A DNA stretch of 64,000 bases from an uncultured Alphaproteobacteria bacterium (GTDB taxonomy: Bacteria; Pseudomonadota; Alphaproteobacteria; RF32; CAG-239), in the NCBI GenBank assembly GCA_944392835.1, contig CALXYB010000003.1:73389-137388 (forward strand). Reading direction: 5' to 3'. The translations under genes were made by a program, and so were the position numbers. Below, piece by piece: positions 9,481 to 18,788 of this stretch. The first letter of the stretch is position 1, and each line of letters begins with the position of its first letter. The notes beneath the pieces were generated by a model that saw only the letters and a program-made list of their open reading frames with translations, was not told the origin of the DNA and did no database searches.

Positions 9481-9521
9481 AGCCAGTGAGCGCTCAAGGG
9501 CGGCCCCTTGTCAAGCTGGCT
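9481..9521. other. Unusually GC-rich imperfect hairpin lying between convergent genes.
   Basis: The sequence is AGCCAGtgagcgctCAAGGGcggcCCCTTGtcaagCTGGCT. There are two nested inverted repeats and no adjacent U-run. Confidence 0.3.
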
Positions 9522-9530
9522 CCAATTTGG

Positions 9531-9977
9531 CTAGACGAGTTCGTCAACTTCTTCAAGAACTTTGTTTGTTTCGTAAAAATGTTTAAGATAATTATGTCCG
9601 GTGCGTTCAACCTCATCATCTTTGACGATGGTTTGGTTGTTGCCATAGACATTAACTCTGGTAGAGTGGTGGTCATCAGGTTCATCATAAACACCGCTGG
9701 CGCTCAAAGCTTCAATAGCACTGGGGATATATGCGCTGCCACTGCTCAAAGAATTATTTGCACCTTTTTCTTTTTTATCAAAAGAGGCGTTGTCTTTGTC
9801 TTTATCATGACGATTGTTATCATTGTTGACCGAAACATTATTGGAAGAATCAATAATTTCCACAAAAGACTCTCCTTCAGCCCCAACAAGATAGTTGTGG
9901 TCTGAATGCTTAACGGGAGCGTTTCGTGTTTGACTTCCGGTTGAGCTCGATACTTTTCTGGTAGACGATATGCTCAT
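9531..9977 (-). CDS. Orphan hypothetical protein, acidic and Ser/Asn/Asp-rich low-complexity, with no transmembrane segment.
   Basis: The product is 148 aa. A GGAGAAAG RBS lies 3-4 nt before the ATG. It is a separate transcription unit; a terminator lies between it and tatA. The plus-strand ORF 9486..9905 looks like antisense noise. Confidence 0.45.
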   Translation of the reverse strand: MSISSTRKVSSSTGSQTRNAPVKHSDHNYLVGAEGESFVEIIDSSNNVSVNNDNNRHDKDKDNASFDKKEKGANNSLSSGSAYIPSAIEALSASGVYDEPDDHHSTRVNVYGNNQTIVKDDEVERTGHNYLKHFYETNKVLEEVDELV

Positions 9978-10080
9978 AGTCTTTCTCCAAAAATTCTTGG
10001 ATATATCTAAACACCATAAATATATGTTATCACTATTTTTTTTATAAATCTAGAGTTATTTGGTATTAGGGGATAATAAT

Positions 10081-10110
10081 AAAAAACCGTGCGGGTTGAG
10101 CACGGTTTTG
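10081..10110 (-). terminator. Intrinsic terminator after tatA.
   Basis: The minus-strand reading is CAAAACCGTGCTCAACCCGCACGGTTTTTT. Confidence 0.6.
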
Positions 10111-10118
10111 AAAGGGGA

Positions 10119-10343
10119 TTATTCAGAGGCGCTGTCATCATCCTTTTTTTCTTCGGAAGAAGCATTTTTCTTTTTTGCCTCTTCAATTTTTGCTTCCAAT
10201 TCTTTTTTGCCTTTTTCGGCGGCCTGAGCTAAAAGTTTGAGCTTGTCCTGAGCCTGTTCCTTGAGCTCGGGAAGCCTGCCGGCACCGAAGATTACGGCCA
10301 CAATAACCACAACCAAGAACCAGCCCCAAAAACCTGAAAACAT
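10119..10343 (-). CDS. tatA: Twin-arginine translocase subunit TatA/TatE-like small membrane protein.
   Basis: The product is 74 aa. It has an N-terminal transmembrane helix, an FGAGRLPEL hinge, and a Lys/Glu-rich amphipathic tail. The gene is adjacent to nagZ, as in many alphaproteobacteria. Confidence 0.55.
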   Translation of the reverse strand: MFSGFWGWFLVVVIVAVIFGAGRLPELKEQAQDKLKLLAQAAEKGKKELEAKIEEAKKKNASSEEKKDDDSASE

Positions 10344-10345
10344 CC

Positions 10346-11434
10346 TTATTCTCCTTTATGTTGTTTCATTTTGTTCAGGACCTCCGTTGCATCATAGTCG
10401 TCCTGATATTTTTCAATCTGCCCAACAAGCGCCTCATATTCGGCGGCTATTGCCTCCAGATTAACCATATTAGGTTTATTGTGAAATAAGTTTTTAATTT
10501 TTTCAAATCTTATAATTGACTTATCCGACATAAATTCCGCACTTTGGCAAACTTCGGCAGCTTCTTGAGCAATTCCGTCGCAATAACAAACGCAGTCGCA
10601 ACCGGCAGCAATACATTTTGTCGTAATCTCGCGAAGGTTTCCTTTAAGCGCGCGCATATTAATTGAATCAGAGATAAGCAAGCCATCAAAACCGATAACC
10701 CCACGGATGAGTTCTTTAATGCCGAAGGCAGATTGCGTAATCGGATTTTTATCGTCAATTTCGGGTATGACGACATGCGCGGTCATTCCGGCAGGAGAGG
10801 CGGAAAGCGCGCGGAAAGGATAAAAATCTTTTTCAAGTTCTTTCAAGGATTGAGTCAGAACCGGCAAGCCTAAATGCGGATCAACGGTAATACGACCATG
10901 CCCCGGCATATGTTTAATGCAAGGACAAATACCGTTTTTGATATAGGTCTTAACCATAATTTTGCCCAAGCTAGCAGCTTGCTTTTCATCATTTCCGAAA
11001 CAGCGGCTTTTTAACACCGCGGCAGTTTCTTCAAAAGCCAAATCCAAAACGGGAGCATAGTTTAGATTGATACCGCAATCAATCAAATCATGGCTAATGA
11101 GCAGGGCATGGTCGCGCGTGGCAACATCTGCTTTTTGCGCCCCCATTTCCTGCTCCAGTCTCCCCAAGACATATTGTGAGGCATAAGGTCTGAACTCAGG
11201 TTCAGCCAAACGCCGAACTCTTCCGCCTTCTTGGTCTATGGCAATGATGATGTCTTCTCTTTGTGCCGCTTCCCTAATTTGCTTGCAAAGCTCAGCCACT
11301 TGCTTTCTGGTGCTGATGTTGCGTAAGAACAGCGTAACACCTAAAGGCTGATGCTGAGAAATAACTCGTTTTTCTTCATCGGTAAGAGAAAAACCGCTAA
11401 CGGATATAAGGGCTGCAGAGAGAGCTTGCGACAT
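10346..11434 (-). CDS. nagZ: Beta-N-acetylhexosaminidase NagZ (glycoside hydrolase family 3).
   Basis: The 362-aa product contains the KHMPGHGRITVDPHLGLP catalytic region, which is the KHFPGHG motif. Confidence 0.75.
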   Translation of the reverse strand: MSQALSAALISVSGFSLTDEEKRVISQHQPLGVTLFLRNISTRKQVAELCKQIREAAQREDIIIAIDQEGGRVRRLAEPEFRPYASQYVLGRLEQEMGAQKADVATRDHALLISHDLIDCGINLNYAPVLDLAFEETAAVLKSRCFGNDEKQAASLGKIMVKTYIKNGICPCIKHMPGHGRITVDPHLGLPVLTQSLKELEKDFYPFRALSASPAGMTAHVVIPEIDDKNPITQSAFGIKELIRGVIGFDGLLISDSINMRALKGNLREITTKCIAAGCDCVCYCDGIAQEAAEVCQSAEFMSDKSIIRFEKIKNLFHNKPNMVNLEAIAAEYEALVGQIEKYQDDYDATEVLNKMKQHKGE

Positions 11435-11443
11435 ATATTTTTC

Positions 11444-12103
11444 CTATAGCAAAAAAGACAAAATAAACTTGGCACTTTTCAGTAAGATGATGCCGAAAAT
11501 GTTTAAGTCAAAACCCAAACTCTGACCGACCGCCGGCAAGATAAAAGCTAACAAAACAATGGCAATCAGTCCGGCTCTTTCAGAATTGACATATCTTTGC
11601 GCCCATGGCTTGTTGACCCATCCGAACAAAATTTTAGAACCGTCTAACGGCGGAATGGGAAGGGCATTGAATATGGCTAAAACAACATTAAAAACCACCA
11701 TATTAAGCAAGAACAAGCCAAGGATTCCCTGAATTGTGCTCTGCGGCAAAAAGCTGACAGCTTTGAGAAGCAATGCGGATATGATGGCTAAAACCAAGTT
11801 GGTAACAATTCCTGCCGCGGAAACAATAATCAAATCGCGCTTAGAGTTTTTTAGGTTGTTGAAATTAACCGGAACGGGTTTTGCCCAACCGAACATAAAT
11901 CCGGCATGAGAAAAATATAAAAGAGCAGGGAGCAGAATTGAGCCGAAAGGATCAATATGTTTGAGCGGGTTAAGCGTCAGCCGACCGTAAATTTTGGCGG
12001 TGTTGTCTCCTAAGCGATAAGCCGCATATCCGTGAGCCAGTTCATGCAAAACGATTGCAAGAATAATCGGAACAAAATTTACAATCAGACTGACGATACT
12101 CAT
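11444..12103 (-). CDS. Site-2 protease family (M50) zinc metalloprotease.
   Basis: The motif HELAHG (HExxH) sits in the first transmembrane helix. The protein is polytopic and 219 aa. Confidence 0.7.
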   Translation of the reverse strand: MSIVSLIVNFVPIILAIVLHELAHGYAAYRLGDNTAKIYGRLTLNPLKHIDPFGSILLPALLYFSHAGFMFGWAKPVPVNFNNLKNSKRDLIIVSAAGIVTNLVLAIISALLLKAVSFLPQSTIQGILGLFLLNMVVFNVVLAIFNALPIPPLDGSKILFGWVNKPWAQRYVNSERAGLIAIVLLAFILPAVGQSLGFDLNIFGIILLKSAKFILSFLL

Positions 12104-13114
12104 TTATTTTTTCTTTACAATACAAGTTCCACCCAAAGCCTTAATATCGCGGCATAAGCTGTCTGCGCCGGCTCTGTCAGAGAAAGCACCGGCTTTAAGG
12201 CGATAAAAGACACCGTCAAAGTCAAGGTCGGCAGTCTCAATCTCGTGCGGCTGACCTTTCAACGGCGGATATTTTTTAACCAAAGTGTTCCAAGCATTTT
12301 CAGTTGCTTTTTTGTTTTGAGAGCTCATCAACTGAACTTGCCATGTTCCTTTAGGAGCAGAAGTTGCCGTGTTTTCTGCCGGAGCAGGGGTGGCAACCGG
12401 AGCCGGAGCCGCAACATTTTGCGCTTTCTGAACTTGAGCTTTCGCTTCGGTTTTGGCATTGATGCTCCAGTCTTTGTTTTCAACCTTAACCTTTTCGCCT
12501 TTAACAACTTTAACAGTTTCAACCTTTGCCGGAATAACAACTTTATCAGATGTTGCCGGAGTAGCTTGAGCCGCTTCCTTAATGCTTACAACTTTTTCTT
12601 CGGGAGCATCTTGTGCCGGTGTAACTTTTTGAGCTTTGGCGATAACTTTATCAGCTTCTTCAATTGTCGGAGAGGCCGCTGTTTCAAACATATCATCAGG
12701 GATAGAAGTCGGTTGCGCCGCGATAACCGGAAGTTTGGGCTCTTCCGGCGGCGGCAGCAGATTTTCAACCTTAGGCTCATCTGCAGTTTTCTTTTCTACG
12801 ATATCATAGACGGACTTATCTTGATTCAAAATCTCCATTCCACCCGGTTCGCTCGGCTGAACTTTGATGGCCGTCTGCGGACGGCGAATAACCGGAATCT
12901 CTTCGGGGTTTTCAACGGCATATTTGGGTGACAAAACAAACCAACCGACAACGGCTGCCAAAGCAACACCGGAAACTGCACCGATAAAAACACTTTTGGA
13001 GCGTTTCATCTCCATGCGTTTTTCCTCAAAATTAGTGGCTGATTGCTCGGCAATTTTCTGACGAAATTCGTTTAAGAAATCATCATTTTTGTCGTCCGGA
13101 AACTCCTGAAACAT
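12104..13114 (-). CDS. SPOR-domain peptidoglycan-binding protein with an N-terminal transmembrane segment and a Pro/Ala/Lys-rich linker.
   Basis: The C-terminus (WQVQLMSSQNKKATENAWNTLVKKY...FYRLKAGAFSDRAGADSLCRDIK) is SPOR-like. A GGAG RBS is present. Confidence 0.7.
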   Translation of the reverse strand: MFQEFPDDKNDDFLNEFRQKIAEQSATNFEEKRMEMKRSKSVFIGAVSGVALAAVVGWFVLSPKYAVENPEEIPVIRRPQTAIKVQPSEPGGMEILNQDKSVYDIVEKKTADEPKVENLLPPPEEPKLPVIAAQPTSIPDDMFETAASPTIEEADKVIAKAQKVTPAQDAPEEKVVSIKEAAQATPATSDKVVIPAKVETVKVVKGEKVKVENKDWSINAKTEAKAQVQKAQNVAAPAPVATPAPAENTATSAPKGTWQVQLMSSQNKKATENAWNTLVKKYPPLKGQPHEIETADLDFDGVFYRLKAGAFSDRAGADSLCRDIKALGGTCIVKKK

Positions 13115-13193
13115 TCTTCTTCTCCTGAAAATTTTTTAAGTTCTTTATGATAACTTTATACAATAAAACTTTATAATCCTTTAACGTCTTCAA

Positions 13194-14363
13194 TTAAAAT
13201 CTGGTATGCGGGTCAAATAATTTGCGATGCTCTTCAATAGCTGCAATATCTGTCATTCCGCCGATATATTCACAAATAACTTCGGCAATATCTTCATTAT
13301 TCATTTGTGAAGAGATGCGCGCGCGCTCATTCATCGGCAAAAGCTTCCAGTCATTCATAAATACGGCAAACAATTCTTCCACGATTTTTTGTGATTTCAT
13401 GTCCATGCGGGCAATAGGTGTTGCCGTATAAAAATATTCTTTCAAAAACTGCCGAAGAAGTTTGATATTGTTTTTCATCTCATCGGAGAAATCAATCATA
13501 AATTTCTTCTGTTTTCTCGCATCATCACAATCGGAGATATTATATTTTTGAATATTTTCTTTACTGTTTTTCAAAACATCAAAAATCATTTTGGCAATGG
13601 TGTTACGTGTAATGGCATAAATTTTTAGGTTGTCATCCGCATAAGGGTTCTGCTTGTCAAACTCAACCAAAATTTCGTCAATAAAAGGCAGTTCGCGGAG
13701 CTTTTCAATACTGAAAAATCCGGCGCGGAAGCCATCATCAATATCATGGTTGTTGTAAGCAATATCATCAGCCACGGCGCCGACTTGTCCTTCCAAGGAA
13801 GGATAATTTGCCAAATCCAAATTAAATTTTTTGTTATATTCATTGAGATATTTGTTGCTGACTTTTTTGATTGGCCCGTTGTGTTTGACCGTTCCCTCCA
13901 AAGTTTCCCAAGTAAGGTTTAATCCCTCAAATTCGGGATAATGGATTTCAAGCTTGGTCATAATTTTCAAGGACTGAATATTATGGTCAAATCCGCCAAA
14001 CTTTTTCATAGAATTTTGCAAGGCGCGTTCACCGGCATGCCCAAAAGGCGAATGCCCGAGATCATGAGCCAGAGCAATGGCTTCGCCGAGTTCTTCGTTT
14101 AAGCCGAGGCATTTGCAAATCGTGCGCGTAATCTGCGCAACTTCAATGCTGTGCGTTAGGCGTGTGCGATAGTTTTTTCCTTCATGGTAGGCAAAAACTT
14201 GTGTCTTGCCATCCAGTCGGCGAAAGGCAGAGGAGTGGATTAATCTGTCTCTGTCGCGTTGAAAAGGCGAACGAATAATATTGATAAAATCATTATAAAG
14301 CCGACCGCGGCTTTTTTCTGGCGTAATGGCATATTTTGCAGGGGTCATTTTTTTGTCTTTCAT
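13194..14363 (-). CDS. dgt: dGTPase-like HD-domain triphosphohydrolase.
   Basis: The HD motif is HDLGHSPFGHAGE. The product is 389 aa. Confidence 0.8.
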   Translation of the reverse strand: MKDKKMTPAKYAITPEKSRGRLYNDFINIIRSPFQRDRDRLIHSSAFRRLDGKTQVFAYHEGKNYRTRLTHSIEVAQITRTICKCLGLNEELGEAIALAHDLGHSPFGHAGERALQNSMKKFGGFDHNIQSLKIMTKLEIHYPEFEGLNLTWETLEGTVKHNGPIKKVSNKYLNEYNKKFNLDLANYPSLEGQVGAVADDIAYNNHDIDDGFRAGFFSIEKLRELPFIDEILVEFDKQNPYADDNLKIYAITRNTIAKMIFDVLKNSKENIQKYNISDCDDARKQKKFMIDFSDEMKNNIKLLRQFLKEYFYTATPIARMDMKSQKIVEELFAVFMNDWKLLPMNERARISSQMNNEDIAEVICEYIGGMTDIAAIEEHRKLFDPHTRF

Positions 14364-14422
14364 TTAATGGATTATTATATATACTTAAACCATATTCTTA
14401 AACATTTGGTAAAAGGCGCAAA

Positions 14423-15238
14423 ATGAAAATAGCAACTTATAACGTCAACTCTGTAAATGCCAGATTAGAAAACTTGAGCGCATGGCTTAATGCAACGCAG
14501 CCGGATATCGTCTTGCTGCAAGAGATAAAATCGGAGTTCAACGCCTTTCCGTTTTTTGATATTCAGATGTTGGGCTATGATGCCAAAATTTTGGGGCAAA
14601 AAAGTTATAACGGAGTGGCGATTTTGAGCAAACATAAGATTAAAATAATTCATGAGGGCTTGCCGAATTTTGCCGATGAAAATGCCCGCTATTTGGAAGC
14701 AGATGTTGATGTTGGGGGTAGAAACGTGCGCGTTGCCTCAATCTATATGCCCAACGGCAATCCACCCTATAATGCGCCGGATGATACAACAAAGTTTGAG
14801 TATAAATTGCGTTGGATGGATGCTTTTTTGGCACATACGCAAAACCTGCTGGAAGAGAATAAGACGGTTGTTTTAGGCGGCGATTTTAATGTTATTTTTA
14901 CGGATGCGGATGTCTATAACCCCGAGCTTTTTCGCAAAAATGCGCTGATGCGCCCCGAAACCAGAGAGCGCTTTCGCGCACTGCTTTATCAAGGTTGGTT
15001 TGATGCTTTCCGCACGCTTCATCCTCAAGATGTCGGTTATACCTTTTGGGATTATTCCGGCAATGCGCTCACGGCTGATTACGGTATGCGGATAGATTAT
15101 CTTATGCTCTCGCCAAAGGCTGCGGATATGCTAAACTCTTGCCAAGTAGATAAAAGCCCGCGAACGGGTGTAAAACCCTCAGACCATACGGCTCTTGTTG
15201 CAGAATTAAAGTTGGAAAATCATGAAGAAAAATATTGA
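14423..15238 (+). CDS. xthA: Exodeoxyribonuclease III.
   Basis: The N-terminus MKIATYNVNS...LQEIK and the 271-aa length are typical of the ExoIII/APE1 family. Confidence 0.85.
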   Translation: MKIATYNVNSVNARLENLSAWLNATQPDIVLLQEIKSEFNAFPFFDIQMLGYDAKILGQKSYNGVAILSKHKIKIIHEGLPNFADENARYLEADVDVGGRNVRVASIYMPNGNPPYNAPDDTTKFEYKLRWMDAFLAHTQNLLEENKTVVLGGDFNVIFTDADVYNPELFRKNALMRPETRERFRALLYQGWFDAFRTLHPQDVGYTFWDYSGNALTADYGMRIDYLMLSPKAADMLNSCQVDKSPRTGVKPSDHTALVAELKLENHEEKY

Positions 15239-17306
15239 TAAAAAATTTGACGGCGAAACCAAGTTGATGGAAGTTTATGCCATCGGTCGGCACGGAGATT
15301 TAATCGCGCGCCCGAGCGAAGGTTCTTCTTCCGCCAGAATTTATGTCGCGGAAAACAAAAAGATAAAACCCGCGCTTGAAGTCGGAGATAAATTTATCGG
15401 CAAAATCACCGCGCGCAAAGGCGAGGTTTGGGTCAAGCCTTTGGCAAGGGTGATGGCGGCGACAAATGCGGAGGCTCAGGAAAAAATTTTTGGTATTATA
15501 GAAAAGAGAGAAGGGCGCTATTACCTCAAACCCGCCGAAAAAAATCAGCATATGGATTATTTGCTGGATGATGTCGGCAAAAACAAGGTCGGCGATTTTG
15601 TCGCGGTTGTTTTAAGCGGCGAAAGAAGATTTAAGGAAGCAAGAATTATCAAAAATTATGGTCCTTTTAACCTGAACAAAGCTGTTTCTTGTTTGGTGCT
15701 GGATAAATACGGCATCCGTCAGGATTTTCCTGAAAAAGCAATCAAGGAAGCGGAAAAGAGCCCCAAGTTTTCAGCCAAGGGTCGGGCAGATTTAACGATG
15801 CTGCCGCTGGTAACCATAGACGGCGAAGATTCAAAGGACTTTGATGATGCGGTCTATGCCGAACGCACGGAAAACGGATTTAATCTGATTGTGGCAATAG
15901 CCGATGTGGCTTATTATGTACGCCCGGAAAGCGAACTGGACAGAGAGGCTTACAGAAGAGGCAATTCGGTTTATCTTCCGAATATGGTTGTGCCGATGTT
16001 GCCTGAAAAATTATGTAATGATTTATGCTCGCTCCGCCCCAAAGTTGAGCGTGCGGCCATAGCTTGTTTTATGAAGATAGACAAGAGCGGCAATTTGAAA
16101 AGTTATGACTTTAAACGTGCCGTCATAAAATCAGCTGCCAGACTGACTTATAAGGAAGTTCAGGAAGCTTTTGACGGCAAGTTTAATGCGCAAACTTCAG
16201 GGCTTTTTACCACGGTTATCCAACCTTTGTATGAGGCGTATTTTGCTCTGGCAAAGGCCAAGAAAAAACGTGGTGCTTTGGAGCTGGATATCCCCGAAGT
16301 TAAGATAAAAATTGGCAAGGATGGCTTAATTCAGTCTGTGTCAAAAGCCGAGCATTATACCAGTCATAATCTGGTAGAGGAGTTTATGATAAATGCCAAT
16401 GTCGCGGCGGCAAAAGTCTTGGCAGCGCAAAATCTGCCGGTAATGTATCGGGTGCATGAAAAACCGCAACCCGAAAAATTGCAGGAGATTGAGCCTCTGC
16501 TGCATAGTCTGGAGTTAAAGCTGCCGGATGAAAATGCTTTGAAACCTGCCCATTTTAACAAGATTTTGGAAGTCTGCGCCGCTAAGGGTTATTCGGACGG
16601 AATTAGCAATCTGATACTGCGTTTGCAATCGCAAGCCAGATATTCGCCGGAGCATTTGGGGCATTTTGGTTTGGGATTGGCGGATTATGCGCATTTCACA
16701 TCGCCCATTCGCCGCTATGCGGATTTACTCATTCATCGCGCCTTGATAAAAGCTTATCATATGCCGGACGGCGGTGCTTTGGAAGATAATATGAACAGAG
16801 AGCTGTTTAAGGAGATTGGCGAGCATATTTCGGCCACGGAAAGAAGTGCCGTTTCGGCGGAAAGGGATACCGTGGCAAGATTCTTGTCATCTTATCTGCA
16901 ACCGGCGGTCGGCAGCGATTTTGAGGTCAAGATATCAGGCATCGGCACAGCCGGACTCTTTGTCGCTGTGGAGAGTTTGGGGGCGGAAGGTTTGATTCCG
17001 ATGCGCACCTTGCCGGATGATGATTATGAATTGCATAATTTCGGTTTGGAATTATATGGCGAGACAAGCGGGCGAACTTTTGCTTTCGGAGATGTCATCA
17101 AAGCCAGATTAGAAGAAGCCTCGCCGATAAGCGGTGGATTAATATTTAAATTTGTAGATGAAAACGAAGGCGTTGATTATTATGAAAAAGGATTACGCGG
17201 AAGTTTTCGGCGCAAAGAGGGGAAGAAAGACAAAAGCGCTAAACCGAGGAAGCCAAAATCCAAGACCAAAAAAACAGGCAAAACCGGAAAGAAACACAAA
17301 AAATGA
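15222..17306 (+). CDS. rnr: Ribonuclease R (RNB family 3'-5' exoribonuclease) with a Lys-rich C-terminal tail.
   Basis: The product is 694 aa. RNB catalytic-region similarity is present (HFGLGL...YAHFTSPIRRYADL). The C-terminal KSKTKKTGKTGKKHKK tail is typical of RNase R. Confidence 0.85.
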   Translation: MKKNIDKKFDGETKLMEVYAIGRHGDLIARPSEGSSSARIYVAENKKIKPALEVGDKFIGKITARKGEVWVKPLARVMAATNAEAQEKIFGIIEKREGRYYLKPAEKNQHMDYLLDDVGKNKVGDFVAVVLSGERRFKEARIIKNYGPFNLNKAVSCLVLDKYGIRQDFPEKAIKEAEKSPKFSAKGRADLTMLPLVTIDGEDSKDFDDAVYAERTENGFNLIVAIADVAYYVRPESELDREAYRRGNSVYLPNMVVPMLPEKLCNDLCSLRPKVERAAIACFMKIDKSGNLKSYDFKRAVIKSAARLTYKEVQEAFDGKFNAQTSGLFTTVIQPLYEAYFALAKAKKKRGALELDIPEVKIKIGKDGLIQSVSKAEHYTSHNLVEEFMINANVAAAKVLAAQNLPVMYRVHEKPQPEKLQEIEPLLHSLELKLPDENALKPAHFNKILEVCAAKGYSDGISNLILRLQSQARYSPEHLGHFGLGLADYAHFTSPIRRYADLLIHRALIKAYHMPDGGALEDNMNRELFKEIGEHISATERSAVSAERDTVARFLSSYLQPAVGSDFEVKISGIGTAGLFVAVESLGAEGLIPMRTLPDDDYELHNFGLELYGETSGRTFAFGDVIKARLEEASPISGGLIFKFVDENEGVDYYEKGLRGSFRRKEGKKDKSAKPRKPKSKTKKTGKTGKKHKK

Positions 17307-18406
17307 GAATATTGTTTTTAGCAGTTTTACTAAGTATTGCAACGATTCGTGCCGGCTTTGCCGAGGAAATATCTCAGCTTGCCAAAATTTATACGGCAAT
17401 GGAACAAGCTTATGTAAAAAAGGTAGATATCGGCCAATTCGCGACTTTAACGCTCAAATCTTTGCATACATTAGACAAGAGATTGCAAGTTGCTGATGAC
17501 GGCAAGAGACTAAGCCTTTATGCAAACGGCAGAGTTGTTAAGGTGGTTTATAAGCCGGAAGATACCAATGATATCAAAGCTTGGGAAGAGGTTAGCAATG
17601 AGATAATTAAAGCAGCCGCAAAATATTCCGAAGACTTGGAGCGCCGCGATTTTGAGACGCTTGACCGCTTAATGGCGGATGCCTTGCCCAAGTTCGATTC
17701 CGCCTCAAGCTATTACAGCACTTTTGCCTCCAGCAAGAAGGATGAGAAAAAATATTATAATCCTTATGCCGAACGGCTGATAGACAATGTTTTATATATC
17801 AAAATCGGCGCTTTTAACAAATACAGCAAAGAAAATGTTTTAAGGACATTAGGCGAAAACAAGAATTTTTCGGGGCTTATTTTGGACTTGCGCGGCAATC
17901 AGGGTGGTTTGTTGTCGGAGGCTGTTGCCATAAGCGGCTTGTTCTTGGATGAGGGAAGTATTGTAACTTATACCATCGGCCGAGCAGAAGATATGAACAA
18001 ATATTACGTTGCGGAAGGCGGCGATATTTTGGCTGAAAAACCGATTATCATTTTGGTGGATGGTCAAACCGCATCCTCGGCGGAGGTGATGGCCGCCGCC
18101 TTGCATGAGCAGGGGCGTGCCACGGTGGTCGGAACCCAAACCTATGGCAAAGGCTCTGTTCAAAAAATGGTTTTGCTGGAAAATGACAGCACCATGGCCT
18201 TAACGGCAGCATATTTTTATACGCCGATGGAGCGCAAGATAGATAAAATCGGCGTTTTGCCAGATGTTTGTATGTCAGGCAGACGTGAGAATGATGTACC
18301 CGAGCGCATAATTTCTCAAGAAGAGACTGCTTGTCCGCAAGAGGAAAGAGCTGATTTTGATATAGATATTGAAGTTGCTCAGGCTTTATTGAACAAAAAC
18401 AAGTAA
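17303..18406 (+). CDS. S41-family carboxy-terminal processing peptidase, periplasmic.
   Basis: A signal peptide is present. The TASSAE serine motif and TYGKGSVQ lysine motif are present. The start overlaps the rnr stop (ATGA). Confidence 0.7.
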   Translation: MRILFLAVLLSIATIRAGFAEEISQLAKIYTAMEQAYVKKVDIGQFATLTLKSLHTLDKRLQVADDGKRLSLYANGRVVKVVYKPEDTNDIKAWEEVSNEIIKAAAKYSEDLERRDFETLDRLMADALPKFDSASSYYSTFASSKKDEKKYYNPYAERLIDNVLYIKIGAFNKYSKENVLRTLGENKNFSGLILDLRGNQGGLLSEAVAISGLFLDEGSIVTYTIGRAEDMNKYYVAEGGDILAEKPIIILVDGQTASSAEVMAAALHEQGRATVVGTQTYGKGSVQKMVLLENDSTMALTAAYFYTPMERKIDKIGVLPDVCMSGRRENDVPERIISQEETACPQEERADFDIDIEVAQALLNKNK

Positions 18407-18414
18407 AATTCTTG

Positions 18415-18442
18415 TTGACAAGAAGCTTAAAAAATGTATATT
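18415..18442 (+). promoter_or_regulatory. Putative sigma70 promoter for rpmG.
   Basis: TTGACA, a 16-nt spacer, then TATATT. It lies ~45 nt upstream of the rpmG ATG. Confidence 0.4.
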
Positions 18443-18487
18443 ACGCCTAAATGTTGATTTTGAAACCTATTTTAAAAGAGTAAAAAA

Positions 18488-18655
18488 ATGGCAAAAGCAG
18501 TAAAAGTTAAAGTAAAATTAGAGAGCACTGCCGGTACAGGCACATTCTATCTTGCTGAAAAGAATCCGCGGACTCATCCGGAAAAATTGTCTTTGAAAAA
18601 ATATGACAAGAAATCCAAGAAACATGAAGAGTTCGTAGAGAAGAAACTTAAGTAA
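18488..18655 (+). CDS. rpmG: 50S ribosomal protein L33. It is absent from the ORF track because it is under 60 aa.
   Basis: The translation is MAKAVKVKVKLESTAGTGTFYLAEKNPRTHPEKLSLKKYDKKSKKHEEFVEKKLK. This is the L33 pattern (STAGTG.FY...KN.R..PEKL.L.K.D). A terminator follows. Confidence 0.85.
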   Translation: MAKAVKVKVKLESTAGTGTFYLAEKNPRTHPEKLSLKKYDKKSKKHEEFVEKKLK

Positions 18656-18688
18656 TTTTTCAAAAAAAAGTTTAAGTTGTAAGTTTAG

Positions 18689-18724
18689 AAAAAAGTACCG
18701 AGCAAGAGTTCGGTACTTTTTTTG
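18689..18724 (+). terminator. Intrinsic terminator after rpmG.
   Basis: The sequence is AAAAAAGTACCGAGcaagagTTCGGTACTTTTTTTG. Confidence 0.7.
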
Positions 18725-18788
18725 TTGTCGTAATCTCAATATCGGGCAAAAAAGTAATGTTTAGCGTGTCGTCATGATTGAGGTTTGG

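Noticed and set aside
9486-9905. 139-aa plus-strand ORF
   Set aside because: It overlaps the better-supported minus-strand gene, which has an RBS. Its Phe/Ile-rich composition comes from A/T runs, and it has no RBS.
12245-12931. 228-aa plus-strand ORF and other antisense ORFs (12328..12540, 12586..12780)
   Set aside because: They lie antisense to the SPOR-domain gene. Their Arg/Phe-rich low-complexity translation is typical of an antisense reading frame.
13194-14363. dGTPase as an anti-phage defence gene
   Set aside because: It sits in a conserved housekeeping neighbourhood (dgt-xthA-rnr) with no adjacent defence or mobile genes. It is most likely the housekeeping dGTPase-like enzyme.
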